A stretch of 30,471 nt of DNA, taken from Gemmatimonadaceae bacterium (GTDB lineage Bacteria > Gemmatimonadota > Gemmatimonadetes > Gemmatimonadales > Gemmatimonadaceae). The notes under the pieces are model-generated. The model was not told where the DNA came from. It made no database searches and saw only the letters and a list, made by a program, of their open reading frames with translations. Both the position numbers and the translations under genes were made by a program. The stretch is taken from positions 17,509 to 47,979 of the forward strand of contig JBBDYA010000129.1 of assembly GCA_040902005.1 (NCBI GenBank), written 5' to 3'. Below, in pieces: positions 1 through 9,422 of this stretch. Each line of letters begins with the position of its first letter. The stretch's first letter is position 1.

Positions 1-1
1 C

Positions 2-244
2 CCCCCCCCCGACGGCATGGTGTCCGCGATCATCGATCCGCAGTCGGGCGAACTCGCCACGGAGTGGTGTCCGAAGCGCGAACGCGAGTTCTTCAAGCCG
101 AACCGCGTGCCGACCACGTATTGCGAAATGCATCAGTACCAGGAACCGACGATCCTGGCGGACGACGGCACCGTGATTCCCGGCGGCCGGGGGGACTGGC
201 TGGATCAGCTCGGACGCCGGCTGAAGCGCATCATCCGCTTCTAG
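2..244 (+). CDS. C-terminal end of a probable class A penicillin-binding protein (partial, runs off the window start)
   Basis: IDPQSGELATEWCP...EFFKPNRVPTTYCEMH resembles the C-terminal tail of PBP1A-family proteins; stop at 242-244; no catalytic motif in the window. Confidence 0.5.
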   Translation, partial: PPPDGMVSAIIDPQSGELATEWCPKREREFFKPNRVPTTYCEMHQYQEPTILADDGTVIPGGRGDWLDQLGRRLKRIIRF

Positions 245-282
245 AATTTCGGAGGGGCGGCGGGGGCGCATCCGCCTTGCGG

Positions 283-3200
283 ATGCCTGTACTCGCTCAT
301 ACGCTACGAGGTTGGCACGCTGACGAGCCCCCCCCGTACCCCTGTCCGTTGGAACGTCCGACTCGCGCGACCCGAGCCACCCTGACGACGTCGGCGACGG
401 AATTCGCCGAGGTCGCCGCCCCGGTCGTGGCAACGGCCGCCGGCGGGGGACCGCCCGTCTCGCTGTTCGTCGTGCGGTTGGATGCGAATGACACCGCGGC
501 GCCGAAGGAGAACGGGCACGGCAGCGCCGTGCGCGAACAGCTCGTCGAGCTGATCCGACGCAACCTGCGGGGGAGCGACGTCGTCGCGTTCACCTCGCCC
601 GAAGAGATCGTCGTGCTCCTGCCGGGAGCATCCGCTGACGAGGGGCGGTACATCGCGCAGCGGCTGTGCGCGGCGACCCGCAATCACGCCTTCGCGGGCA
701 ACGCCGGTGACCGGCTGCGCACCGGGCTCACCACGTCCATCGGCGTCGCCACCGCACCGGCGCATGGATCGGATGTGTACGGCCTCGCGGGCGACGCGCG
801 CACCGCGTGCGAGTCGCTCGCGACCAACGGCGGCGACGGTGTCGCGGGGGTGGACGCCGCCGCCGGTCGCGCCGCCGGGATTCTCGAGATTGGTCGGTTT
901 GTGGGCCGTACGGAGGAGGTCGCGTCCATCAGGCGCTGGATGGACGATGCCATGACCGGAATGCCGCGGGCCGTGGCCGTGCTTGGGGAAGCCGGCTCGG
1001 GCCGCGAAGCGCTCGTTCGCCAGCTCGAGCCGGAGGTCCGGTTGCGCGGGGGATCGCTCATTGTGGCGCGTGCCCGGAACGCGGAGGTGCGCACTCCCTA
1101 CGGCATCTGGACCGAGGTCCTGAACGCACTCCAGCGCCTGCCCGACGCGCCGACCAAGACGTGGCGCGAGCTGATGCACCTGCACCCCGGCATCCCGGGC
1201 AGCGAGGAGGAACGAGCCGGCAGCAAGTTCCGCCTGCTGGAGGAAATCTCGGAGTACGTGCGCCTCGCCGCCCGCGCGCGTCCACTGGTGCTCCTGCTCG
1301 ACGAGATGCAGTGGTCCGACGCGGCGTCGTGGGACGTGCTGGATCACCTGCTCACACAGCTGGAACGCGAGCGGCTGCTGCTGTGCATGACCGTGCGCGA
1401 TGGTCCGGAACAGAGCGAAACCGCCACCCGCAGGCAGTCTCTCGAACGCATCGGATCCTATCACGAAATACGCCTGTCCCGGCTGACGCGCGATGAGGCC
1501 AAGCGATGGCTCGAGGCCGCGATGCAGCGCCAGCAGATCGGGCGCGAGCTGCTGGCCTACCTGTATCGCCACACGGAAGGCAATCCGCTGTTCATGGTGC
1601 AACTGGTGCGCAACATGCTCGAGGAGGGGTACCTCCGTCACACCGGAGACAAGTGGGAGTGGTCGCCCGTGTCGGAGCTCCGCCTGCCCAACGGTCTCGA
1701 CGAGATCATCGAGCGCCGGCTGCGCCGGCTCTCGCCACCTACCCAGCAGGTCCTGGCGACGGCCGCCGTCATCGGCCGGCAATTCGACGTCACCACGCTC
1801 CAGGCCGCGGCGGGCGTCGCGCCCGGAGAAGTGCAGCGTGCACTGGAGGAAGCGTTGGCGGTTGCGCTCATCCAGCCGCACTACGAACGCGGCGGCGGCG
1901 GATATCGCTTTGCCCATGGGCGCGTCGCCGAGGCGTTCGCGGCGTCGATCCCCGTGGAGCAACTGTCGCGAACGCACGAGCGCGTCGCGCGCGCGTTGTC
2001 CGGATTGCCGCACTCCGCTACGGAGGCTACGCTCCACTTCGACCGGGCCGGCTGCGCGTCCGACGCGTACCAGGCCGCGCTGGAGGCGGCGGTGCACGCC
2101 GAGAGCATCTATTCCTCGGACACCGCCGGTGAATTTCTCCAGATCGCGGCCAGGAACGCGACATCGCCCGGCGAGCTGGCCGAAGTGCGCGTACGCCTGG
2201 CGCATCTCGCGGAGACCTTCGGGCGCTTTGACGAAGCCGAGGAGCTGTGCGATCTCGCCATCGAGTGGTTCTCCGGGCAGGGGGACCGGCTGCGCGCCCT
2301 CACCCTTCGCCGGATGCGGGAACGAGCGCGCCGCGAACTGGGGCAGCCCGCGCGCGTGACGCTGGACGCGCTGCGCGCGCTCGATGACGAGGCCAAGGAG
2401 CTCGACTCGGATCAGGAGCGGATCGAGATTCTCACGATGGAGTCCCAGACCTACGCGCGCCTGGGTGATCCCCAGCGGGCCGAGCAGCTCGCGGAGGAGT
2501 GCGTGGCGATGGCGGAGCGCGTCGATGATCCAGCGCTGCTGGCGGCGGCGCTGAACCGGTTCGCGATCACCGTGCGCAACGAGGATCCGGCGCGCGCCCG
2601 CACCTACTTCGAGCGAGCGCTCGCGCTCTTCCAGGGCCTCGGTGACGTTCGCGGGCAGGCGCGCTGCCACAACAACCTCGGCATCGTCGCGCAACTGGAA
2701 ATGCGCCCGGACTATGGACGCGAGTCGCTCACCATGGCCATGACCCTGGCGCGTGCGGCCGGGATGCCTGACCTGTCCGGCATTGCCGCGGCCAATCTCG
2801 GCGTGATCATGCAGCGGATGGGAGACGCCGATCGCGCCAAGCAGCTGTACGGCGACGCACTGGCGCTGTTCGCGGCTGTGAAGAACAGCGAGCTGCAGCT
2901 CTACGCGCTGTACAACATGGCAAACCTCGAACGTGAAACCGGCAACTTTGCCTCCGGCGCCGAGCTGTACGAGGCCACATCATCGCTGGCCCAGCGCATC
3001 GGTCAGTCCGACGTGGAGATCGGCGCGATGGCCGGCGAGGGGATCTGCCTGCATTCACTCGACAAGATGGATGCCGCCCAGGTCCAGCTCTCCGAGATCG
3101 AGGCCCGGATGAGCAATCGCACCGGCTGGTTCCAGGGGCGCGAACTGGTGGACGCATTGCGCGTGCGCATCGCCATCGCCGAGGGACGCATCGCGGACGC

Positions 3201-3426
3201 GATGGCCGTGTTCGAGTCTGCGAGGGCGACTGCCGAAGGCTACGACATGTACAGTGTGGCCTGGCTCACCGCGGCCTGCGCCGACCTCCTGCTGCCGCAC
3301 TACCCCGACCAGGTACTGGCCGCCGTGGAGAAGTATTCGGGCCAGGTGGCATCACTCGGCTTCACGGACTTGATTCGTAAGTACAAGCTGTTACAGAACT
3401 TACCTCCCGAGACAGCGCCCACGTGA
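283..3426 (+). CDS. Degenerate GGDEF domain + AAA/STAND-type ATPase + TPR-repeat regulator
   Basis: GGDEF-like fold (LRGSDVVAFTSPEEIVVLLPG, TTSIGVA), FVGRTEE, Walker A-like GEAGSGRE, Walker B LVLLLDEMQWSD, TEGNPLF, C-terminal TPRs (HNNLG, AANLG, LYNMA). Start uncertain (ATG 283, TTG 349 or CTG 382). Confidence 0.8.
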   Translation: MPVLAHTLRGWHADEPPPYPCPLERPTRATRATLTTSATEFAEVAAPVVATAAGGGPPVSLFVVRLDANDTAAPKENGHGSAVREQLVELIRRNLRGSDVVAFTSPEEIVVLLPGASADEGRYIAQRLCAATRNHAFAGNAGDRLRTGLTTSIGVATAPAHGSDVYGLAGDARTACESLATNGGDGVAGVDAAAGRAAGILEIGRFVGRTEEVASIRRWMDDAMTGMPRAVAVLGEAGSGREALVRQLEPEVRLRGGSLIVARARNAEVRTPYGIWTEVLNALQRLPDAPTKTWRELMHLHPGIPGSEEERAGSKFRLLEEISEYVRLAARARPLVLLLDEMQWSDAASWDVLDHLLTQLERERLLLCMTVRDGPEQSETATRRQSLERIGSYHEIRLSRLTRDEAKRWLEAAMQRQQIGRELLAYLYRHTEGNPLFMVQLVRNMLEEGYLRHTGDKWEWSPVSELRLPNGLDEIIERRLRRLSPPTQQVLATAAVIGRQFDVTTLQAAAGVAPGEVQRALEEALAVALIQPHYERGGGGYRFAHGRVAEAFAASIPVEQLSRTHERVARALSGLPHSATEATLHFDRAGCASDAYQAALEAAVHAESIYSSDTAGEFLQIAARNATSPGELAEVRVRLAHLAETFGRFDEAEELCDLAIEWFSGQGDRLRALTLRRMRERARRELGQPARVTLDALRALDDEAKELDSDQERIEILTMESQTYARLGDPQRAEQLAEECVAMAERVDDPALLAAALNRFAITVRNEDPARARTYFERALALFQGLGDVRGQARCHNNLGIVAQLEMRPDYGRESLTMAMTLARAAGMPDLSGIAAANLGVIMQRMGDADRAKQLYGDALALFAAVKNSELQLYALYNMANLERETGNFASGAELYEATSSLAQRIGQSDVEIGAMAGEGICLHSLDKMDAAQVQLSEIEARMSNRTGWFQGRELVDALRVRIAIAEGRIADAMAVFESARATAEGYDMYSVAWLTAACADLLLPHYPDQVLAAVEKYSGQVASLGFTDLIRKYKLLQNLPPETAPT

Positions 3427-3603
3427 CGCCGCTCACCGCCCGCGCTGGTTCATGGCGCTATCTATCTCCTCCACGTACCTTGTAGCACAGAGAAAGCAGG
3501 GCAGTTCGACAGCTTCGAGTAGTTCTCACTTCATCGGAAAAGCCGACGCAGGCTGCCGAACGGCGGCGTTGCGTGTCGGTCACTCTCACGTAACGGAAAT
3601 ACA

Positions 3604-4236
3604 ATGCGCCGGTTCATACCCATCCTGATCGCTGGCAGCGCGTTCATCGCTCTCGCCTGTAGCGACGCTACCTCGCCCCCGCAGCAGGCGGACGCAGTAG
3701 CCTCAGGATCCCTTCGGCTTTTCGCTCGCCCAGGAGCGTCGCCCGCAGCAACGCCAACCACCGAGTCGATCACGCTTCCCGCTGCCGGTGGCGACGTTGT
3801 AGTTGGTCCCTATACGCTGCATCTGGAGCCAGACGCGGTCTGCGCGCTCAACTCGGGTTACGGGAAGCGGTTCTGGGACGCCCCCTGCACGCCGCTCGGT
3901 GCCGACTTTGTGCTCGACGCGCACATCTTCGTGGACAAGGGGCACGTCTACGTCGATTTCGATGCCGAGATCCGGTTCAATCCCGAATCGCGCGTGACCA
4001 TCTACTACGCGGTGCCTGACTTCCAGCTCACCTCCAGGAAGATCAACTACTGGACGCTGAGCAAGAATGACAGAACGACCGTGAACGAGGCGAAGTCGGA
4101 CGCCACGCTGCGCACGTTCTACAATCGCCAGACCGGCATCGCGTTCCGCCGGATCAAGCACTTCAGCGGCTACGTGATCACGTCCGGCCGCGAGTGTGAA
4201 GAGGGAGAGACCTGCGAGGAAGGGGGCGGCCAGTAG
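3604..4236 (+). CDS. Hypothetical lipoprotein
   Basis: Signal peptide with lipobox-like IALAC; C-terminal IKHFSGY motif; followed by a terminator. Confidence 0.75.
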   Translation: MRRFIPILIAGSAFIALACSDATSPPQQADAVASGSLRLFARPGASPAATPTTESITLPAAGGDVVVGPYTLHLEPDAVCALNSGYGKRFWDAPCTPLGADFVLDAHIFVDKGHVYVDFDAEIRFNPESRVTIYYAVPDFQLTSRKINYWTLSKNDRTTVNEAKSDATLRTFYNRQTGIAFRRIKHFSGYVITSGRECEEGETCEEGGGQ

Positions 4237-4256
4237 ATCCGGCTGCGATGATTGTC

Positions 4257-4292
4257 GGGGGCTCCATCACCATGGTGGGGCCCCTCTTTTTT
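4257..4292 (+). terminator. Rho-independent terminator
   Basis: GGGGCTCCATCA-CCA-TGGTGGGGCCCC stem followed by TCTTTTTT, about 20 nt after the stop of 3604..4236. Confidence 0.75.
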
Positions 4293-4553
4293 CCCTGGCG
4301 TCACGGCAAGACACAGGCGTCAGAGCAAGACACACCTGTACCGTTGTGACTCACGGTGTCGAGGACACACGTGACCACGGAGCGGTCCGGGGTGGTTGTC
4401 ACGGCGGGGAATAGGTGGGCATGCGTTATGCCTGACGTGCACCCGGCGCAGTCACGGCAAGCGCCGGTCGGAACCTTCATCGCCGCACCGTGTCCTCACT
4501 GGTAGCGGCGACAACGGAATGGCGCGCGCGAGGCAGCTCGCGATCGGGGTCAG

Positions 4554-5174
4554 GTGGAGAAGTCGGGGAAACTGGAGCGGGTTTGGCAGCACACGGACCT
4601 CATGGCAGAGGGGGCGGGCAGCATGGACATCCTGGTCATGCTCGAAGAGAATCCGGAGCACTCGCCGGTGCTGGCGCACGTGAACTCCGTGCCGTCATCA
4701 CTCGATGCCGAGCGCCCATCCCGCGATATCGTCACCCTCTACGGCGAGCCCAGCCTGGAGTCCCTCGCGCTCGCCCTCGCGGCGGCGGTGGAGGTGCATC
4801 GCGGCAGCGCAGGCCGCGGTGACTCGTCGTCGGCTGCCATTCGTCACCTCGGCGTCTGGCCGGAGCGCGGTGCGCTCGGTGATGCGGCATGGCGCGACTC
4901 CGCGACCGGTCAGTTGATGACGCGCGATCTCGAGATTCCGCTCGAGATACTGCATGCCACAGCGCACCAGCTCCTCACCGAGTGTGGACAGGTCATCCGG
5001 CGGCTGGTCGCGGGACTCTCCATGCCGGAATGGCCGGAGGGTGCCAGGCGCGCGATCAACGTGACGCTCGGCCCGATTGCGGGACTCACGGCGCCCATCT
5101 TCCGACCGCTGGAATCGGCTCTCGACGCCTGGCGCGAGGCCGACGGGCTGGCCTTCGATTACGAAGGCGACTGA
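4554..5174 (+). CDS. Hypothetical protein
   Basis: 206-aa ORF with ordinary globular composition; start uncertain; no recognised motif. Confidence 0.6.
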   Translation: MEKSGKLERVWQHTDLMAEGAGSMDILVMLEENPEHSPVLAHVNSVPSSLDAERPSRDIVTLYGEPSLESLALALAAAVEVHRGSAGRGDSSSAAIRHLGVWPERGALGDAAWRDSATGQLMTRDLEIPLEILHATAHQLLTECGQVIRRLVAGLSMPEWPEGARRAINVTLGPIAGLTAPIFRPLESALDAWREADGLAFDYEGD

Positions 5175-5254
5175 GCCGTACGGGCGTGTAGGGGTCGATC
5201 CCCTTGACGCCCTGTGGAAATGGAGGCAGGGTACGAGTGTCTGACTGACGCTTG

Positions 5255-5515
5255 ATGCCGCGAATCTCTGTGCGATCCTCCAACACTCGCCCCTCCGGGG
5301 GCGAACGCGTCTTCACGGATGCCTTCGGCAGTCTGTGGAGTGCCGCGACGTATACGGACACGTACGGCGTCACCGTGATTTTCACGTGTGTCACGGACGG
5401 CCGGCAATCGGGACGGGCGATCGCGATCGACCTGCCCGAGGAGGTCGGCGACGTGGGAGATGAAACGCTGCGCGCGTGGCTGGAGGCGGCCCCGCGCATC
5501 GGCAGGCTGACCTGA
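5255..5515 (+). CDS. Small hypothetical protein upstream of the EF-G paralogue
   Basis: Fills the gap between neighbours; sequence RVFTDAFGSLW...LRAWLEAAPRIGRLT; ends 22 nt before the next start. Confidence 0.65.
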   Translation: MPRISVRSSNTRPSGGERVFTDAFGSLWSAATYTDTYGVTVIFTCVTDGRQSGRAIAIDLPEEVGDVGDETLRAWLEAAPRIGRLT

Positions 5516-5537
5516 GCCTCATACGGAGTTGGAGCGC

Positions 5538-7661
5538 ATGCGGGAATATCGTGGCTCTGAAATTCGGAACATCGCCGTCGTAGGGCATGGAGCGAGCGGA
5601 AAGACCTCACTGGTCGATGCGCTCGCTTTTTTTGCCGGGTCCAGCAAGCGACACGGAACGGTGAAAGACGGCACCGCGCTGACGGACTATTCTCCCGAGG
5701 AAGTCGAACGTGGCTTTTCCATCAACCTCGGCCTCGCCTACGCCGAGTGGATGGACAGCAAGATCAACCTGATCGACGCACCCGGTTTCCTGGACTTCCA
5801 GGGCGACGCCGCCGCCGGCCTCTATGCCGCGGACGGGGCCCTGTGTGTCGTGAACGGCCAGTCCGGGGTGGAGGTGGGCACGGAGCGCATGTTCCGGGAG
5901 GCGGTTCGTCGAAAGGATCCGGTGCTCTTCGTCGTGAGCATGATGGACAAGGAACACGCCGACTTCGATCGCACGTACGAGCAGATCAAGCAGCGGCTCA
6001 GCCCGAAGGTCATCCCGGTGGAGATCCCCGCGGGTCAGGGCGCCTCCTTTCATGGAGTCCTCAACCTGTTCTCCAGGAAGGCGCACCTCTACCCGAAGGG
6101 ATCGAGCGGCCAGGAATACGAGGAAACGGACATCCCGCCGGAGCACCAGTCGCGATTCGACAAGTACTACCAGGAATTGATCGAAACGATCGCCGCGACG
6201 GATGACTCGCTCCTCGAGCGCTACCTCGAGGGGGGGGAGATCCCCCGGGACGACGCCGTGCGGGCCATGAAGGACGCCATGAAGCGCATGGAGATGTTCC
6301 CGCTGTTCTGCGTGTCCAGTGAGAGCAACGTTGGCGTGCAGGCCGTCCTCACCACCATCGTGGAACTCATGCCCAATGCGTGGGAGATGGAGGAGGTCCA
6401 CGCCCTCACCGGCGCCGAAGGCGATCAGACGGTCGAGATTCACGCCGAGGACGACGCGCCTTTTACGGCCCACGTCTTCAAGACCATTTCCGAGCCGCAC
6501 GTGGGTGAGGTCAGCTTCTTCAGAATTTTCTCGGGCCGCCTTCCGAATGGCGCGGAGGTGTACAACGCCACGCGCAGCGCGGCCGAGAAGCTGAATCATC
6601 TCTCCATTGCGCAGGGGAAGGAGCGGACCGAGGTACCGTGCCTGTACGCCGGGGACATCGGGTGCGTCGCCAAGCTGCGCAACACACATACGAACGACAC
6701 GCTGTCCACGAAGGAGCATCCGGTCCGGCTGCCCCCGATCGGCCTCCCGGAGGGACTGGTGCAGCTCGCCGTGCACGCGGTGAATCGGGCGGACGAGGAA
6801 AAAGTGCAGGCGGGGTTGCACAAGCTGCACGACGAAGACCCCACCTTCCAGATCCACTACAACCCCGAGACGCACGAGACCATTGTGTCCGGACTCGGGG
6901 AACGGCATCTCGAGGTCACGATGGCAAAACTGCGCCGCAAGTTCGGCGTGACCGCGGAGCTCACGCGTCCGCGCATCGCGTACCGCGAGACGATCAAGGC
7001 CAGAGCCGACGGCCAGGGAAGGCACAAGAAGCAGAGCGGGGGCCGCGGTCAGTTCGGCGACTGCTGGGTGCGGTTCGCGCCGCTCGCGCGCGGCAAGGGA
7101 TACGAATTCGAGGATCAGATCGTCGGCGGATCGATTCCGCGCCAGTACATCCCGGCAGTGGATCGCGGCATCCAGGAAGCCGCCGTGCGCGGCGTACTCG
7201 CCGGATTCCCGCTGGTAGACTTCAAGGTCGAACTGTTCGACGGGTCCTATCACACCGTGGACTCCAACGAGATGTCCTTCAAGATGGCGGGCATTCTCGC
7301 CTTCAAGTCGATCGCCGCGAAGTGCCGGCCCGTGCTGCTCGAGCCGCTGGACGACGTGGAGGTCCTGTCGCCGGACGAATACATGGGCGATGTGCTCGGC
7401 GACCTCTCCAGCAGGCGTGGACACATTCTGGGCACGGACGTCGTCGAGGACGAGGCAGGGGCGATGACCGGCTACACGCGAATTTCCGCCGTGGTGCCCC
7501 AGTCGGAACTGCACCTCTATGCGTCCACGCTCCAGTCGATGACCCACGGCCGCGCGACATACCTGCGTCGGTTCAAGGGCTACGAGGAGACACCTGCCGA
7601 AGTGGCCACGAAAGTGATCGCCGAGCACGGCAAGTCAGACGAGGAGCTCGTCGGCGCGTAA
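5538..7661 (+). CDS. fusA: Elongation factor G-like protein (EF-G2/FusA2 paralogue)
   Basis: IRNIAVVGHGASGKT, GLGERHLE, HKKQSGGRGQFG, DGSYHTVDSNEMSF, LLEP; GGAG RBS before ATG 5538; not in an rpsL-rpsG-tuf context. Confidence 0.92.
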   Translation: MREYRGSEIRNIAVVGHGASGKTSLVDALAFFAGSSKRHGTVKDGTALTDYSPEEVERGFSINLGLAYAEWMDSKINLIDAPGFLDFQGDAAAGLYAADGALCVVNGQSGVEVGTERMFREAVRRKDPVLFVVSMMDKEHADFDRTYEQIKQRLSPKVIPVEIPAGQGASFHGVLNLFSRKAHLYPKGSSGQEYEETDIPPEHQSRFDKYYQELIETIAATDDSLLERYLEGGEIPRDDAVRAMKDAMKRMEMFPLFCVSSESNVGVQAVLTTIVELMPNAWEMEEVHALTGAEGDQTVEIHAEDDAPFTAHVFKTISEPHVGEVSFFRIFSGRLPNGAEVYNATRSAAEKLNHLSIAQGKERTEVPCLYAGDIGCVAKLRNTHTNDTLSTKEHPVRLPPIGLPEGLVQLAVHAVNRADEEKVQAGLHKLHDEDPTFQIHYNPETHETIVSGLGERHLEVTMAKLRRKFGVTAELTRPRIAYRETIKARADGQGRHKKQSGGRGQFGDCWVRFAPLARGKGYEFEDQIVGGSIPRQYIPAVDRGIQEAAVRGVLAGFPLVDFKVELFDGSYHTVDSNEMSFKMAGILAFKSIAAKCRPVLLEPLDDVEVLSPDEYMGDVLGDLSSRRGHILGTDVVEDEAGAMTGYTRISAVVPQSELHLYASTLQSMTHGRATYLRRFKGYEETPAEVATKVIAEHGKSDEELVGA

Positions 7662-7711
7662 CGAGCAGCGCCCCCCGCCCCCACGCGCGGCCGGCGGAGA
7701 GGGTTACCGGC

Positions 7712-8893
7712 TCACGATCCCGTTTTCCGCCGCTTCGGCCGCACCTGCTTCTTCGACGCGGAGCGTGACGCCACCCGGATCGGCACCACGTCGCCGGTGT
7801 CGCAGCCGACGGTCGCCGGCTGTCGCGGCTGCTTGTACTCGAAGCGCTTCCCCTCGTAGTTGCGGAAGATGACCGAGTCCTCCGTGATCTCTTCCACGTA
7901 CTCCGGGAGCAGGGGCACTTTCCCGCCGCCGCCAGGCGCGTCGATCACGAAATGCGGCACCGCCAGGCCGGACGTCCATCCGCGCAGCGCCTTGACGATC
8001 TCGAGTCCCTTCTCCACGGTGGTCCTGAAGTGCTCACCGCCAGCGACCTGATCCGCCATGTAGATGTAGTATGGGCGAACGCGCGCTTTCATGAGCTTCT
8101 GCATCAACTCCTTCATGATCTCCGGCGAGTCGTTCACGCCGCGCAAGAGCACCGTCTGGCAGCCGAGGGGCACCCCCGCGTCTGCCAGGCGACCCAGCGC
8201 CGCCACAGCGGCGGGGGTGAGTTCGCTGGGGTGATCGAAGTGGGTGTTCATGTACACGGGATGGTACTTCTTCACCATGTCGCAGAATTCCGCCGTGATG
8301 CGCTCCGGCAGATGCGACGTGATCCTGCTTCCCAGTCGGATGATCTCGACGTGCGGAATGGCGCGCAGCCGCTGAAGGATGTACTCGAGCCTGCGGTCCG
8401 AGAGCATCATCGGATCGCCGCCCGAGAGGATCACATCGCGGATGGCCGGGTGCGTCGCGATGTACTCGAATGCGGAGTCGTACTGGTTCAGTGGAATCTT
8501 TTCCGGATCGCCCACCTTGCGCCGCCGGGTACAGAACCGGCAGTACGAGGCGCAGACCGGACTGACCAGGAAGAGCACGCGGTCCGGGTACCGGTGGGTG
8601 ATGTTGGGCACCGGCGAGTCGCCGTCCTCGTCGAGCGAATCGATGACGCCATCGACGATGTCGAGCTCCTGCATCGTCGGGACGTACTGATTCCACATCG
8701 GATCCCCGGGCTCCTGAATGAGATCCAGCGCGGCTGGGGTGATCCGCATCTGGAAATTGTCGAATGCCGGCTGAAGCGCGGCGACGTCAATCTCGCGCTC
8801 GGCGACCTCCGGTCCGAAACGTTCGGTGACGTAGGCGTGCAGCTTTTCGAGGCTGTCGACGCTCTGGTGGAGAGTCTTCTGCCATTCACTCAT
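7712..8893 (-). CDS. kamA: KamA-family radical SAM/PLP enzyme (lysine 2,3-aminomutase-like)
   Basis: THRYPDRVLF, CASYCRFC (CxxxCxxC), LSGGDP, RVRPYY, DAPGGGGK with the PLP lysine; start taken at MSEWQ. Confidence 0.9.
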   Translation of the reverse strand: MSEWQKTLHQSVDSLEKLHAYVTERFGPEVAEREIDVAALQPAFDNFQMRITPAALDLIQEPGDPMWNQYVPTMQELDIVDGVIDSLDEDGDSPVPNITHRYPDRVLFLVSPVCASYCRFCTRRRKVGDPEKIPLNQYDSAFEYIATHPAIRDVILSGGDPMMLSDRRLEYILQRLRAIPHVEIIRLGSRITSHLPERITAEFCDMVKKYHPVYMNTHFDHPSELTPAAVAALGRLADAGVPLGCQTVLLRGVNDSPEIMKELMQKLMKARVRPYYIYMADQVAGGEHFRTTVEKGLEIVKALRGWTSGLAVPHFVIDAPGGGGKVPLLPEYVEEITEDSVIFRNYEGKRFEYKQPRQPATVGCDTGDVVPIRVASRSASKKQVRPKRRKTGS

Positions 8894-9422
8894 AGTGTGG
8901 AGCGGGTGAGGGAAGTGTGCCCGGCGGCGCCGGGCTGGGTGCTGCATTCATGCGCCGCGTGAGGACGACGCGGTCGTCGCCGGGCGCATAGAAATCGCGG
9001 AGCCGCGCGGATTCCTGATATCCGCGCTTCTGATAGAAGCGTCGCGTGCGTGCGTAGTCGTCCCGCGACGATGTTTCGATCACCAGCATTCGCGCGCGCC
9101 TCGCTTTCAGCCGGCGCTCGACATCGGTCATGAGGGCGGAGCCTGCACCCGCGCCTTGCGCATCCGGGTGCACCGCGATCCAGTACAGGTCGAAGGTGCG
9201 ATCCGTGGCGGGCGTCGCGCCGAAGCAGGCGTAGCCGACGAGGCCGTCGGCCTGAAAGGCGCCCGTGAACTCATACCCCGCATCCGCCGCCACGCCCGCG
9301 TCAAATACCTCCAGCGCCACCCCGACCTCTTCCTCCGAAAAGACGCCGGTGGCGCGGACGATGCCTTCGACCTGTGGGCGATGGTCAGGGTGGAGGGGGG
9401 CGATGCGGATTGCGTCGATCAC
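8886..9422 (-). CDS. GNAT family N-acetyltransferase
   Basis: DLYWIAVHPDAQGAGAGSAL acetyl-CoA motif, FYQKRGY; GTG start overlaps the upstream TGA (GTGA). Confidence 0.88.
   Translation of the reverse strand: MIDAIRIAPLHPDHRPQVEGIVRATGVFSEEEVGVALEVFDAGVAADAGYEFTGAFQADGLVGYACFGATPATDRTFDLYWIAVHPDAQGAGAGSALMTDVERRLKARRARMLVIETSSRDDYARTRRFYQKRGYQESARLRDFYAPGDDRVVLTRRMNAAPSPAPPGTLPSPAPHYE

Noticed and set aside
64..282. N-terminal extension of the 1120-aa ORF
   Set aside because: Overlaps the PBP-like gene end in another frame and a hairpin at 268-286; low-complexity translation
304..2694. 796-aa minus-strand ORF
   Set aside because: Antisense shadow of the GGDEF-AAA-TPR gene, common in high-GC DNA; no motifs
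5204..5232. TTGACG as a promoter for the small ORF and EF-G paralogue
   Set aside because: The -10 at 17-nt spacing (CAGGGT) is too weak to support a call
5607..7628. 673-aa minus-strand ORF
   Set aside because: Antisense shadow of the EF-G paralogue
5538..8893. KamA next to an elongation factor as an EpmB/EF-P-type modification system
   Set aside because: The genes are convergent, the factor is EF-G-like rather than EF-P, and no epmA is present
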